Shown: positions 9,078-17,884 of the stretch, one piece after another
How positions within the stretch are numbered: the stretch's first letter is position 1
How the letters are laid out: each line of letters opens with the position of its first letter
Virus record (IMG/VR): IMGVR_UViG_3300019487_000021
Direction: 5' to 3' (one strand)
Length of the DNA stretch: 64,000 nt
From: a virus
Taxonomy: Duplodnaviria > Heunggongvirae > Uroviricota > Caudoviricetes
Notes under the pieces: model-generated
Database searches by the model: none
What the model was told of the DNA's origin: nothing
What the model saw: the letters and a program-made list of their open reading frames with translations, nothing else
Position numbers and translations under genes: made by a program

Positions 9078-9999
9078 TCAACAGGTCTCCATTGTAGGCC
9101 ATCCCATTCTATGGTCAGACCTGTTACCACGTCGACAAATCTCGCACCTTCCTGTGGTCCGTCAGGACCATTCGAAATAGGCGACAAGTGTCGTTCAACA
9201 AATGGACGATCTTGGGAGAATATTGGTGGATCGTCGTCAATCATTCCCCGCGGGAATGACATAAATGGACTCCAGTCAGCGCGCTGATAAACACACGCTC
9301 CGCGTTTCTTCCATGTCGTGAGCGCGTCCCAATTAACTTGATGCTTAGACCACAACATTTCCTGAACCTCGCTGATGCTCTTACCGTGCATTTCTTTCTG
9401 CGAGAAGTAGAATCGACCAAGCATGTTCACGCTGTTACGTGAAGCGTCTTGTTGTCGCCACAAGAAATAGTTGGTGACTTCTTCTTTAGGAAGATTGTAC
9501 GCACGAGCGTCAAACTGTGCAAGTTCTTGAGTTGAACAAGGAACGAACTTCGCAACGTGATTTAGGAGGTAATTGAATGCTGTTGCGGCAATTGATGACG
9601 ACAGGGAGACGATCTTCTGTAAGTTCCCTCCGAACCATTGCTGTGTTTCCAATCGGTCCCAGTCACGTAACAAAATGGAGATCTCATCACTTTGCGTGTA
9701 AACAAATACTGCTGTTTGTAGTTGGTTGAACAATGTTGCAGCTGTGTAGGTCATCGTCTGGTGAAGCATTTCACTAAATGGACCTAAGCGCAACGACGGG
9801 TCCTCAATTTTGTTCGATGTAAGCGAGCTTCATCGAAACTATCAGGAGGAATTGGTTGTGGAGCAACAAATCGTTTTGTGAATGTGTGGAATGCTCGTCC
9901 ATCAACACGAACAATAATCGGGGTGCGTCGGAGCAATGTTGATTGAGACGTTGCTTCGTACTCCTTCATGCGATCGCCGAGGGTTGTTTTGTCTGTCAT
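9074..9999 (-). CDS. Thg1-like 3'-5' nucleotidyltransferase, split in two frames (9999-9784 and about 9826-9074)
   Basis: 'LGDRMKEYE', 'RVDGRAFHTFTK' in ORF1; 'YTQSDEISI', 'QFDAR', 'YFLWRQQDASRNS', 'WKKRG' in ORF2. Confidence 0.85.
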
Positions 10000-10040
10000 G
10001 GTGGATTCCTTGAATCCACCACCTTAACATCAAAATCGAC

Positions 10041-11897
10041 TTACCTCAACGATTCAGATGCGATGATCCACTGTTTGACGAACTCGCTTCGAACGATATC
10101 GTGATGTGTAAAGCGGATTGTGTTGAAAGAAGGAAGGTGGGGTAGAACTCGTAAAAAGTCCCCCATACCCGATTTGTCGTGTGAAGATCGTAGATCTGTC
10201 TGCGGCACGTCACCAACAAAAATCACTCGAGTGTATTTGCCAACCCTCGTCATGATTGTGTTGATTTCATCCCATCGCATGTTTTGTCCTTCGTCGACCA
10301 CAACAACGGCATTGTCCCATGTTAAGCCGCGCAAATATGATGTTGTGCAGAACTCAACTAGTCCTGCCGCTTTCATATCATCATATGTTGAGTACTTTCC
10401 AAAGAAGTTGTGGAACATATCACGATATGGTGTCTCATACACTCCGGATTTCTCTTCCAAAGTGCCTGGTAGGAAGCCTTGTTCGCGACTAGGTACAGCA
10501 GAACGTACGATGATAATACGATCGATTCCGCTATCTTTACGAAGCAGTTCGTTAAGAGCGAGCCATAATCCGACGAATGTGTTGTGGGTAATGACGTAAT
10601 CATCGGTAATATATAGATGATCCTGATCATCTATCATAATGCATTGTGCTTCCTCCTGACTTGTTAGTTCAACACTAATAACTTGGCGACATAGTTGTTT
10701 TTGTTGATATGTGTCGTGACACAGGTCACGTTTTCGTGGTAGAGAAAAAAGTTCTTTGGGTTTGGGATAAGAGATAAACAACGTATATGCGACTCGCCCA
10801 ATTTTTCTTTCATCTTTGTAAGTGTATGTAGGCTGTCGTGTTTTTATTGAACATTTTGCACCAAGCGACCAAAGAATTTCTTGAACGTCACAAGCAAGGT
10901 GTGGACTGGTTGTAGTAAATGAAACCCCTCCGTTTCGCTTACTAACGGTTCCGTCAGTATCCATAAGACCACGTAGGAGTTCCAAACGTTGCTCTATACT
11001 TCCTTCTTTATAAGACTTAGGAATAAATTTTTCGTGCGAGCGTTTTCCATATAAAGCAAGCTCTTTCAACTTATCGGTGTAATTGTTGGTCTTCTTCCTC
11101 CCTCCACGTTGATATATTCCATCACGGTAATGAGTAAGATTTACGATATTGTAATCGTAAGTTCCTGTTGATTGTTTTAGACTATATTCTTCTTTTTGAA
11201 GAATTGTTTGAATTGTTTCAACAATGTGTCGGTCAGCAGATGATAGTTTGGGCGTGCTCTGTGAAATGTGTCCATCCCCCAACAACACACCTAACAAATA
11301 CGGATCAATAAGTAAATATTGTGTTGGCTGTTCAATGGCATTAACAAGATCAATAGAAATGTTAGCAGGACTATTTCGTGTAGTTTTTTCATCCAACCAC
11401 ACCGAAAGAAACTCTGTATTAACAATTTTTTCAGTGCTATCCTTTGTATTCCAAAAATCACTTGGAACGTGACATTTCCACAAATGTTCCGCACAAGCTT
11501 GGGCTGTGGCACCATCACTAAAAGTAATGGTAAAAATATCCTTTTTACCTTGTGAGAAAACACCAATAACGGTCGCAGAGGTATTTTTAGGTGTGAGCAC
11601 CTTATCCCCAACAACGATATCGCCCATAAATTTCCACCCTTTTGGTGTGAGAATTTTACTATGAAGAGGTTGTGCTTTTCCTGTTCCGGCAGAGCCGTGT
11701 GCACAGATGTTTTTACCCATGATGAAGTCATGAAACATCTCTTCTTGTGCGGGGGTAAGTGGTTTAATTTGTCTCAAGTCGTGCATTGTCCATGTTTTAC
11801 GGCGCGGTCCTTCCTCCATTGCTTTTCCATTGAGGACAAGTGCCTCAGTAATGTCATAAAGTTCATTGCGCTTCGAAGCTTTCCTTCTCTTGGACAT
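10041..11897 (-). CDS. phoH: PhoH-family ATPase with intein
   Basis: 'GSAGTGK|TF', 'GFLPGTLEEK', 'YLRGLTW', 'VDEGQN', 'GDVPQTDL', 'DIVRS'. Confidence 0.95.
   Translation of the reverse strand: MSKRRKASKRNELYDITEALVLNGKAMEEGPRRKTWTMHDLRQIKPLTPAQEEMFHDFIMGKNICAHGSAGTGKAQPLHSKILTPKGWKFMGDIVVGDKVLTPKNTSATVIGVFSQGKKDIFTITFSDGATAQACAEHLWKCHVPSDFWNTKDSTEKIVNTEFLSVWLDEKTTRNSPANISIDLVNAIEQPTQYLLIDPYLLGVLLGDGHISQSTPKLSSADRHIVETIQTILQKEEYSLKQSTGTYDYNIVNLTHYRDGIYQRGGRKKTNNYTDKLKELALYGKRSHEKFIPKSYKEGSIEQRLELLRGLMDTDGTVSKRNGGVSFTTTSPHLACDVQEILWSLGAKCSIKTRQPTYTYKDERKIGRVAYTLFISYPKPKELFSLPRKRDLCHDTYQQKQLCRQVISVELTSQEEAQCIMIDDQDHLYITDDYVITHNTFVGLWLALNELLRKDSGIDRIIIVRSAVPSREQGFLPGTLEEKSGVYETPYRDMFHNFFGKYSTYDDMKAAGLVEFCTTSYLRGLTWDNAVVVVDEGQNMRWDEINTIMTRVGKYTRVIFVGDVPQTDLRSSHDKSGMGDFLRVLPHLPSFNTIRFTHHDIVRSEFVKQWIIASESLR
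10581..11675 (-). mobile_element. 365-aa LAGLIDADG intein (Ala1, class 3 WCT signature) in the PhoH Walker A motif
   Basis: Starts AQPL, block B 'AEHLW', LAGLIDADG-like 'GVLLGDG' and 'RGLMDTDG', block F 'AQCI', ends 'ITHN|T'. Confidence 0.92.
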
Positions 11898-12001
11898 AAT
11901 GCGCCCTCCTTAGCGAAAAGGTAGTACAAAGTTACGGATGGCAGGGAACTGCGAGGTGTGCTATTGTCTTGTCATTAAAGACGTTCAATCTTATATCCTA
12001 T

Positions 12002-12057
12002 GCCTGTTGTTAACGGCCTGTTGTTAACGGCCTGTTGTTAACGGCCTGTTGTTAACG
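12002..12057. repeat. 4 x 14-bp perfect tandem repeat GCCTGTTGTTAACG
   Basis: Directly read; non-coding, between late promoter and phoH. Confidence 0.95.
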
Positions 12058-12064
12058 GCATCGG

Positions 12065-12072
12065 TATTTATA
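12065..12072 (-). promoter_or_regulatory. late promoter TATAAATA
   Basis: Exact motif upstream of the repeat and phoH. Confidence 0.65.
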
Positions 12073-12101
12073 TTCTGCTCGGAGAAAAACAAGAATTCGT
12101 G

Positions 12102-12449
12102 TCAAAACAAACCGACTAGAAGCTTTTGCGGATCCTCGTTTCGTCGACGAATCTCGTCTGCACATTGATCACGAAACGAGACCCAGTCTTGAAGAACATC
12201 ACGAACTTGAAACGTAACTCGAAGAATGCTGATCATGTGCAGGATGGTTAGCCGAACAGGATCGGCCGTAAGGTAGATGTTGACGATGTCAAGTACTTCT
12301 CGTTCAAAGATCGAGTTCTTTGCGTGTCGATACTGCCATGCATCAACAAGTAAATCCCCAATGTCATACATTACTCGTCGCATGAGCTGACGGTTGACTG
12401 TTTCGGAGTCAACTGTGTACGCCAACTGAATCCATTCTTGTGGGGTCAT
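12102..12449 (-). CDS. hypothetical protein
   Basis: 115-aa ORF coupled to the upstream gene. Confidence 0.6.
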   Translation of the reverse strand: MTPQEWIQLAYTVDSETVNRQLMRRVMYDIGDLLVDAWQYRHAKNSIFEREVLDIVNIYLTADPVRLTILHMISILRVTFQVRDVLQDWVSFRDQCADEIRRRNEDPQKLLVGLF

Positions 12450-12802
12450 TTATCCCAGTTTTCCTTTGCCCCCAACGAATACACTTCCGTGAAGCCGAAC
12501 TGACTGATGTAGTTGAGAATGTGCTTCAAATTTTCGTCATCGTTTGAAGCGCCGAACAAGATCAATTTAGTGTCTTTTGGAAGCTTCATCAGCGTTGACA
12601 CCTGACGAAGAGGTAGGTTCACCGCACCTGGCAAGGTCCCATCCCGAAATGCAACTGCATCACGAACGTCATACAGTTTGGCGCCGTTCTCCAGGAGTTT
12701 CTGAGCGCGTTTACCGTTAATCTTCTGACCGAACATCATTTCTTTCTCCTTGGAAGAATTTCGATCCCTTCCTCGAAACTGTTGACCCAAACTGGACAAC
12801 AC
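12446..12802 (-). CDS. rhodanese-like domain protein
   Basis: 'LYDVRD..F..GTLPGAVNLP', 'GFTEVYSLG'; active-site Cys appears absent. Confidence 0.75.
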   Translation of the reverse strand: MLSSLGQQFRGRDRNSSKEKEMMFGQKINGKRAQKLLENGAKLYDVRDAVAFRDGTLPGAVNLPLRQVSTLMKLPKDTKLILFGASNDDENLKHILNYISQFGFTEVYSLGAKENWDK

Positions 12803-12922
12803 TCTCTAATCATAGCGTGATCGTGAGGGTTAGATCCATCCTTTCATCAGAAATCACCTCCGCCAAATTCCATAGCATCAGCATAACGTCGTGCATCACA
12901 ACCAACTTGTGCGCATACGAAG

Positions 12923-13498
12923 TCACCAACCGCCTTCAAGGATACTTCTCTCTTTCCTGAGATCTCGATTGATGGCATTTTCACTAGTGAATTTTTCTGG
13001 ATAACGCGCGCGGAGTTTTGCGATATTTGTTTCGAGAATTTGTTCCCAGTCTGCATTTGTGGCGTCAACACCAATCGCCTGATACCATGCAAGATCGCCG
13101 AACTCTTCTTGTACATTTACAACGTCGAGTTTCCCCTCACCTTTCACGTGTTGCAGAAGGGCCTCAATCAACTCACCACTCTCCGTAGCAATTCCGACAA
13201 TTGAGTGAAGAATTCGTGGGTCTGAGGCAACAATGTCGCGAGGCGTAGCCGTCAGTGGAAGATATGTGCCGCGGCCTAGCTGGCTTAGAGCTTGTTCGAG
13301 ACTGGGTTTTGCTGCAAACCACTTTTCTTCGTTGATTGGTTTCTTGTAGAAGATGTTCTTCTTGTACAAATCGAGCAACCGTCCAACAGCGGCGAATGCT
13401 TCAAGTACAGAAATGAATGCGAAGATGTCGTTGACTTGTGCGTATTGGATGCGACTTTCTGTACGGATCGCTCCCTGGACGTATTCTTGTAGTTTCAT
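12923..13498 (-). CDS. MazG-like nucleotide pyrophosphohydrolase
   Basis: 'GIATESGE', 'EEFGDLAWY', 'NIAKLRARYPEKF'. Confidence 0.85.
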   Translation of the reverse strand: MKLQEYVQGAIRTESRIQYAQVNDIFAFISVLEAFAAVGRLLDLYKKNIFYKKPINEEKWFAAKPSLEQALSQLGRGTYLPLTATPRDIVASDPRILHSIVGIATESGELIEALLQHVKGEGKLDVVNVQEEFGDLAWYQAIGVDATNADWEQILETNIAKLRARYPEKFTSENAINRDLRKERSILEGGW

Positions 13499-13551
13499 TA
13501 TTATTCTCCAACAGAGTACAGATTGTCTGTACTCTGTTGGGGTTTGTCAAC

Positions 13552-13776
13552 TCAACCTAGGCAATGGTCGTAGGTTTGCGAATCAGGAATGTAAACTCTG
13601 CGGTCAGTAGGATTAACTGGAGGGGGACCGTATACTCGTTCCTTGTAACTTTTGTCATGGCCGCACACAGGGCACTCGCCGATGTACCGACGATACCAGT
13701 GTGGCTTACTTTGGGGGCGCAAAGAACGCATCACACCACGCATTGTAGAGATCCTGACCAAGTTGCCACTTGGCAT
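13552..13776 (-). CDS. small Cys-containing hypothetical protein
   Basis: CPVCG motif; start uncertain. Confidence 0.45.
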   Translation of the reverse strand: MPSGNLVRISTMRGVMRSLRPQSKPHWYRRYIGECPVCGHDKSYKERVYGPPPVNPTDRRVYIPDSQTYDHCLG

Positions 13777-13934
13777 TGAAGATTAGTCGGCGTTGGACCG
13801 AACACAATTTATGTAGAACTGTTCATGTAGAACTGTTCAGGCGTTTGGAGGAAGGGCTTGAGATCGGGAATCATAGTGGTCGAGGATGTGGAGGATCGAT
13901 TGGAGGTGTTACTGGGCCCATCATATTCTCCTAA

Positions 13935-14008
13935 TGGAGCGGGTAGGGAGAATCGAACTCCCGCATACACCATGGCAAGGTGTCAGGCTGCCATTACATC
14001 ATACCCGC
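13935..14008 (-). tRNA. trnG: tRNA-Gly(GCC)
   Basis: Cloverleaf, ACACC-TTGCCAT-GGTGT arm, CCA encoded; TATAAATA 7 nt upstream (14016-14023). Confidence 0.9.
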
Positions 14009-14373
14009 ATCTGCGTATTTATAACTTGTTGAAATGGTTTCACAATCACTTCCACAAGTGGACTAAAATGCTGAATGAACAGCTCCTTTTCTTTCTTGTC
14101 AACGAAAAAGAAGAACTTGTGATCTCCTTCCTCATTCACATCAACAATTCCATAAAGGACTCGTCGAGAAATATACGTTTCACCAGAGGATCCGCTTTCA
14201 ATCGAAACGTCCCGAACGACAAGATTGCCTGCAACATCATCCCTCCAAGCGTTCCATGTATTCCAGAATCGTTCGTCGATTCCGTTGACTTCAACGATCT
14301 GTGCATACTTTTGCAGCATATCATGCACGTATCTCAAAGTTTGATCAGTCAAAACGCCATCGTATAGTAACAC
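13999..14373 (-). CDS. hypothetical protein
   Basis: 124-aa ORF with alternative start. Confidence 0.5.
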   Translation of the reverse strand: MLLYDGVLTDQTLRYVHDMLQKYAQIVEVNGIDERFWNTWNAWRDDVAGNLVVRDVSIESGSSGETYISRRVLYGIVDVNEEGDHKFFFFVDKKEKELFIQHFSPLVEVIVKPFQQVINTQMRV

Positions 14374-14451
14374 TTGATCTCCTCATTGTCTTCAAACATT
14401 AATCAAACTCACGGATAATGTCAACCAGGGCAAATACTGGATTCTTCTTCT

Positions 14452-15048
14452 TTAGTGTTTGCCCTTCAAGCCTGTTGGAGGGTTGTGTAGACGAGATGTC
14501 TGTGGTACACGAGCCAGCAAGAACTCCATCTGATGTGCGAGAATCTCGCGGTTCATCAGAATCAGGTGTTCAGCTCGGTTCGGTGCGTACGGCACGTACA
14601 GGAGTTTCATACCTGAATCTTCAGGTGTACGGTTGTCCTTCGCCTTGTTGCAACCACCACAAGACGTAACAGCGTTTGTCCACTTGTCTGGACCGCCCTT
14701 CGACCGTGGGTGGACGTGATCACGTGTAAGGTCCTGTTTGCGGAACAAACCGCCACAGTACGCGCACACGTTATGGTCACGACGGAACAGCGCAGCGTTC
14801 GTCAGCGTTGGGACACGATGGAGATGGTTTGCCTTTGTGTCACCGTCGACAGCGATGATCGTGTTGAGGTCCATGAACGAACGATCCCCTGTCTGACGCG
14901 ACTTGCCGCCGTAAATCGTGAAACCGTCATCGCCGATTGTCCACGCAACTAGTCCTTTTGCGTAGTAATACGCAGCGTCTTCGTACGTGATCCAGCGCAT
15001 TGGTTCGCCAGCTTTGTCGAGTTGCAGAATTTGTGGGTGTTCAGTCAT
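14452..15048 (-). CDS. HNH endonuclease
   Basis: 'CAYCGG', 'TRDHVHPRSKGG', 'NAVTSCGGCNKAK'. Confidence 0.9.
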   Translation of the reverse strand: MTEHPQILQLDKAGEPMRWITYEDAAYYYAKGLVAWTIGDDGFTIYGGKSRQTGDRSFMDLNTIIAVDGDTKANHLHRVPTLTNAALFRRDHNVCAYCGGLFRKQDLTRDHVHPRSKGGPDKWTNAVTSCGGCNKAKDNRTPEDSGMKLLYVPYAPNRAEHLILMNREILAHQMEFLLARVPQTSRLHNPPTGLKGKH

Positions 15049-15125
15049 GATTCCCTCCTATTGATATCCCTATGCTATTATTTAGCGTTCGGACGTGTGC
15101 ATAATACTTAAAGCTACCCCAAAAG

Positions 15126-15458
15126 TCAACCATGTTTTTCCTCCTGCAGTAACTGAAACTTACGCATTGGTTTACGTTCATCACCGTACAACGGTCGTGT
15201 TGCAATTGCAGTATGCCCAGTATTGTAGTCGGGCTCAAAGAACATTTCATGGTCGATTTGGTGACGGTTAAGATAGTCAGCAATCTTCAACAGATCGTGT
15301 TCACTCTTCGCGCCGATCAACACGATGAATGATGTCTCAGCTGGCTTTTGAAAGCGAAAACCAGCTTCCAAAGCTGCATGAGAGGCTTGCACAATCTGTT
15401 GCGGTGTGGACAAGTCCTGCCGCACGAAGATGTACGTGTAAGGTTTCGCCTAGGTCAT
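15126..15458 (-). CDS. Pth2-like peptidyl-tRNA hydrolase family protein with in-frame TAG at codon 3
   Basis: ATG ACC TAG GCG AAA...; 'YTYIFVRQDL...QIVQASHAA', 'HTAIATRPL'; ATG overlaps upstream TGA. Confidence 0.7.
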
Positions 15459-15808
15459 TTTGACACCTCCAGACCGATTTTGATGGCTGACCACATATCG
15501 TCTGGAATTGCATCGCCGTAACGATTACAGAACGCTTGAACGAACGAGCTTTTCGAATTTGACGCTCGTTGTTGGGCGATCCATTTCAGATCACTCATGG
15601 CTCGCGTGTAGCCTTGCCATGCGTCTTTGTAGTATGGGTCGATTTTACGCTCGTTTTTGAACGGCGAAAAGCCGTGTTTCAGATCCTTGGCGCGGAGAAG
15701 GTTGTAGAGAATATGGTCCTTCGCCGTCAACTGTTTCTGTCGAGCGATCTGTTTGTACGCTTCTTGGTACGTGTGAAACTTCTGTTTGTCTTGAAAAATG
15801 AACTTCAT
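15455..15808 (-). CDS. conserved-looking phage hypothetical protein
   Basis: ATG 15808 with AGGAG SD; 117 aa, 'HILYNLLR...GFSP'. Confidence 0.7.
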   Translation of the reverse strand: MKFIFQDKQKFHTYQEAYKQIARQKQLTAKDHILYNLLRAKDLKHGFSPFKNERKIDPYYKDAWQGYTRAMSDLKWIAQQRASNSKSSFVQAFCNRYGDAIPDDMWSAIKIGLEVSK

Positions 15809-15927
15809 TTGCAATCTCCTAATGTCATGGTTAAAGATGTGGAACCGAAACGACAAAGAGATTGCGGAGGATCGCGAGCGCGAACCTACGTGAAACCAGC
15901 TACCTATGCTTTCTTGACACGCTTCAT
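15805..15927 (-). promoter_or_regulatory. putative leader ORF with two amber codons and SD-sequestering hairpin
   Basis: MKRVKKA*VAGFT*VRARDPP...K(TGA); GCAATCTC (15865-15858) pairs with GAGATTGC (15818-15811). Confidence 0.6.
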
Positions 15928-16171
15928 TTGTTTCTCCAAAGTTAAGAACAACGAAACACTACTATATATGCATTCGACATTATGGTCAACTCAATGTGAT
16001 TCGAGTTCGACGATTCTTCGACTAAGAGTACGAACAACGGCCTCTATTCCATGACTTGTCGCTGTAACGGCACGGTTTGATTCATCTCATTTGTGAGACG
16101 TGAATACAAACTCCTGTTTGCTTCTTGGAGGACATTGAGTTCCACACGAAGTTTTTCTATTTCATTCATAA

Positions 16172-17134
16172 CTACTCCAAAATTTGACTGATTGATTGTT
16201 TGTCGTCAATTCGCACGATCGTTTCCGCGAGCAGGCCAGCGATCGAAATTTGACGAACCTTGACCATATTTGACACCATAGGAATCGTGTCTGTTATTAC
16301 GAGCTCGTGCAGCTTGGATCCTGCAATATTGTCTGCGGCTTTTCCTGACAACACTCCGTGTGTCGAATATGCGACGACACGACGAGCTTGGCCCACGTCG
16401 ATCAGCGCGTTTGCCGCTTTAGCAAGCGTTCCGGCTGTATCGACCATATCGTCTATCATGATACAAGTTTTGTCTTTCACGTCGCCGATGATGTTCATCA
16501 CTTCGCTTACGTTTGCCCTGGGGCGCCGTTTGTCGACAATTGCCAGGTCCATGTTATCGAGTTGTTTTGCAATTGCTCTAGCACGAGCCACACCACCAAC
16601 ATCCGGTGAAACGACAATTGGATTCTCATTCATCCAATGTTTATAAATGTCGGCAACAAAAAGAGGAGTGGCGGAAATGTTGTCGACAGGGATTGTGAAG
16701 AAGCCCTGAATCTGTGTTGCGTGAAGATCAACAGTCAAAATGTGACGGATGTCGACGCTCTGCAGCATACCTGCAACAACGTTTGCAGAGATTGGAACTC
16801 GTGAGTATCCCGGGCGTCGGTCTTGTCGTGAATACCCAAAGTAAGGAATGACGGCAATGATTCGTTTGACAGCGGACCGACGAAGAGCATCCGCCATCAA
16901 CATGATCTCCATCAAAGTATCATTTGTTGGAAAGCAAGTCGACTGAAGGATAAAGGCCTTCTTTCCTCGAACGTTGTTTTGAACCTCAACCTTTAGTTCA
17001 CCATCGCTAAACTTGGATACTTCACACCGTCCGATTTGAATTGGACTACCTGTAACTCGTGCGTTGAGGTCCTTTGCAACCGCCTTTGCGAGGAACGGAT
17101 TGGATGTACCAGTGAAGAGAATCGAGTTCGTCAT
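16172..17134 (-). CDS. prs: ribose-phosphate pyrophosphokinase
   Basis: 'FSDGE', '[10 protein letters not shown]', '[11 protein letters not shown]', 'VSPDVGG', 'DDMVDTAGT'. Confidence 0.95.
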   Translation of the reverse strand: MTNSILFTGTSNPFLAKAVAKDLNARVTGSPIQIGRCEVSKFSDGELKVEVQNNVRGKKAFILQSTCFPTNDTLMEIMLMADALRRSAVKRIIAVIPYFGYSRQDRRPGYSRVPISANVVAGMLQSVDIRHILTVDLHATQIQGFFTIPVDNISATPLFVADIYKHWMNENPIVVSPDVGGVARARAIAKQLDNMDLAIVDKRRPRANVSEVMNIIGDVKDKTCIMIDDMVDTAGTLAKAANALIDVGQARRVVAYSTHGVLSGKAADNIAGSKLHELVITDTIPMVSNMVKVRQISIAGLLAETIVRIDDKQSISQILE

Positions 17135-17227
17135 GACTGTCCTTTTCTTTCGAGGGAAACGGTTGATTCTCCACATGGTTTAGGGGCAGATCAACTAAAT
17201 ATGTGGTAAACCAACAAGGAGAAGATA

Positions 17228-17797
17228 ATGGCAAGTTTCGATCAAGCAATAGGGCTAATCCTTAAACACGAGGGCGGATGGGTTAACAATCCGAACGATC
17301 CAGGTGGTGCTACAAATTTCGGTATCTCTCTTCGTTTCCTAGTCGATCATCCTGAAGCTGGTGACTTTGATATGGACGGAGATGTTGATGCGGAAGACAT
17401 TGCTGGCATGACTATCGAACAAGCTTCTGACATTTACCGTCAGTTCTGGTGGGACATGTACAGGTACGATCAATTCGCTGACCAAACGATTGCAACGAAA
17501 GTATTTGACCACGCTGTTAACATGGGAGCAAAGCGCGCGCACATCCTTCTTCAAACAGCTATGAATAAAGCGTTTGGATTGAAGCTAACTGTTGATGGGG
17601 CACTTGGTCCAGCATCATATCGTTCTATCAATGCAGTTCATGATGGCGATGAGGAACAAATTCTTTTGCGGACATATTGTGATGAAATTTGGGCGTTCTA
17701 TCAACGTCTGATTGCGAACAATTCCAAGTTGAAGGTGTTTGCAAAAGGATGGCAACGTCGAGCTTACGACTTGGGAAAAGCTAATCAACTAGGTTGA
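17228..17797 (+). CDS. GH108-family lysozyme (probable endolysin)
   Basis: 'HEGGWVNNPNDPGGATNFGI', 'FDHAVNMG', 'KGWQRR'. Confidence 0.9.
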   Translation: MASFDQAIGLILKHEGGWVNNPNDPGGATNFGISLRFLVDHPEAGDFDMDGDVDAEDIAGMTIEQASDIYRQFWWDMYRYDQFADQTIATKVFDHAVNMGAKRAHILLQTAMNKAFGLKLTVDGALGPASYRSINAVHDGDEEQILLRTYCDEIWAFYQRLIANNSKLKVFAKGWQRRAYDLGKANQLG

Positions 17798-17884
17798 TTG
17801 TTTCAGCCTGTTGAGGGATAGTCGATCGTTTGTATTCTCATGTAGAGAATAAAAGACGTCGATCATATAATCGTTGGTTTATTT

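Noticed and set aside
9784-9786. Amber readthrough as the way to join the Thg1 halves
   Set aside because: Reading through TAG stays in the wrong frame and hits TGA 10 codons later; a -1 shift is required.
10120-10599. Long antisense ORFs (for example 10120-10599, 39546-40262, 49758-50534, 55904-56581)
   Set aside because: They shadow well-supported genes on the opposite strand and have no recognisable motifs.
12002-12057. CRISPR array
   Set aside because: Repeats are contiguous 14-mers with no spacers and no cas genes.
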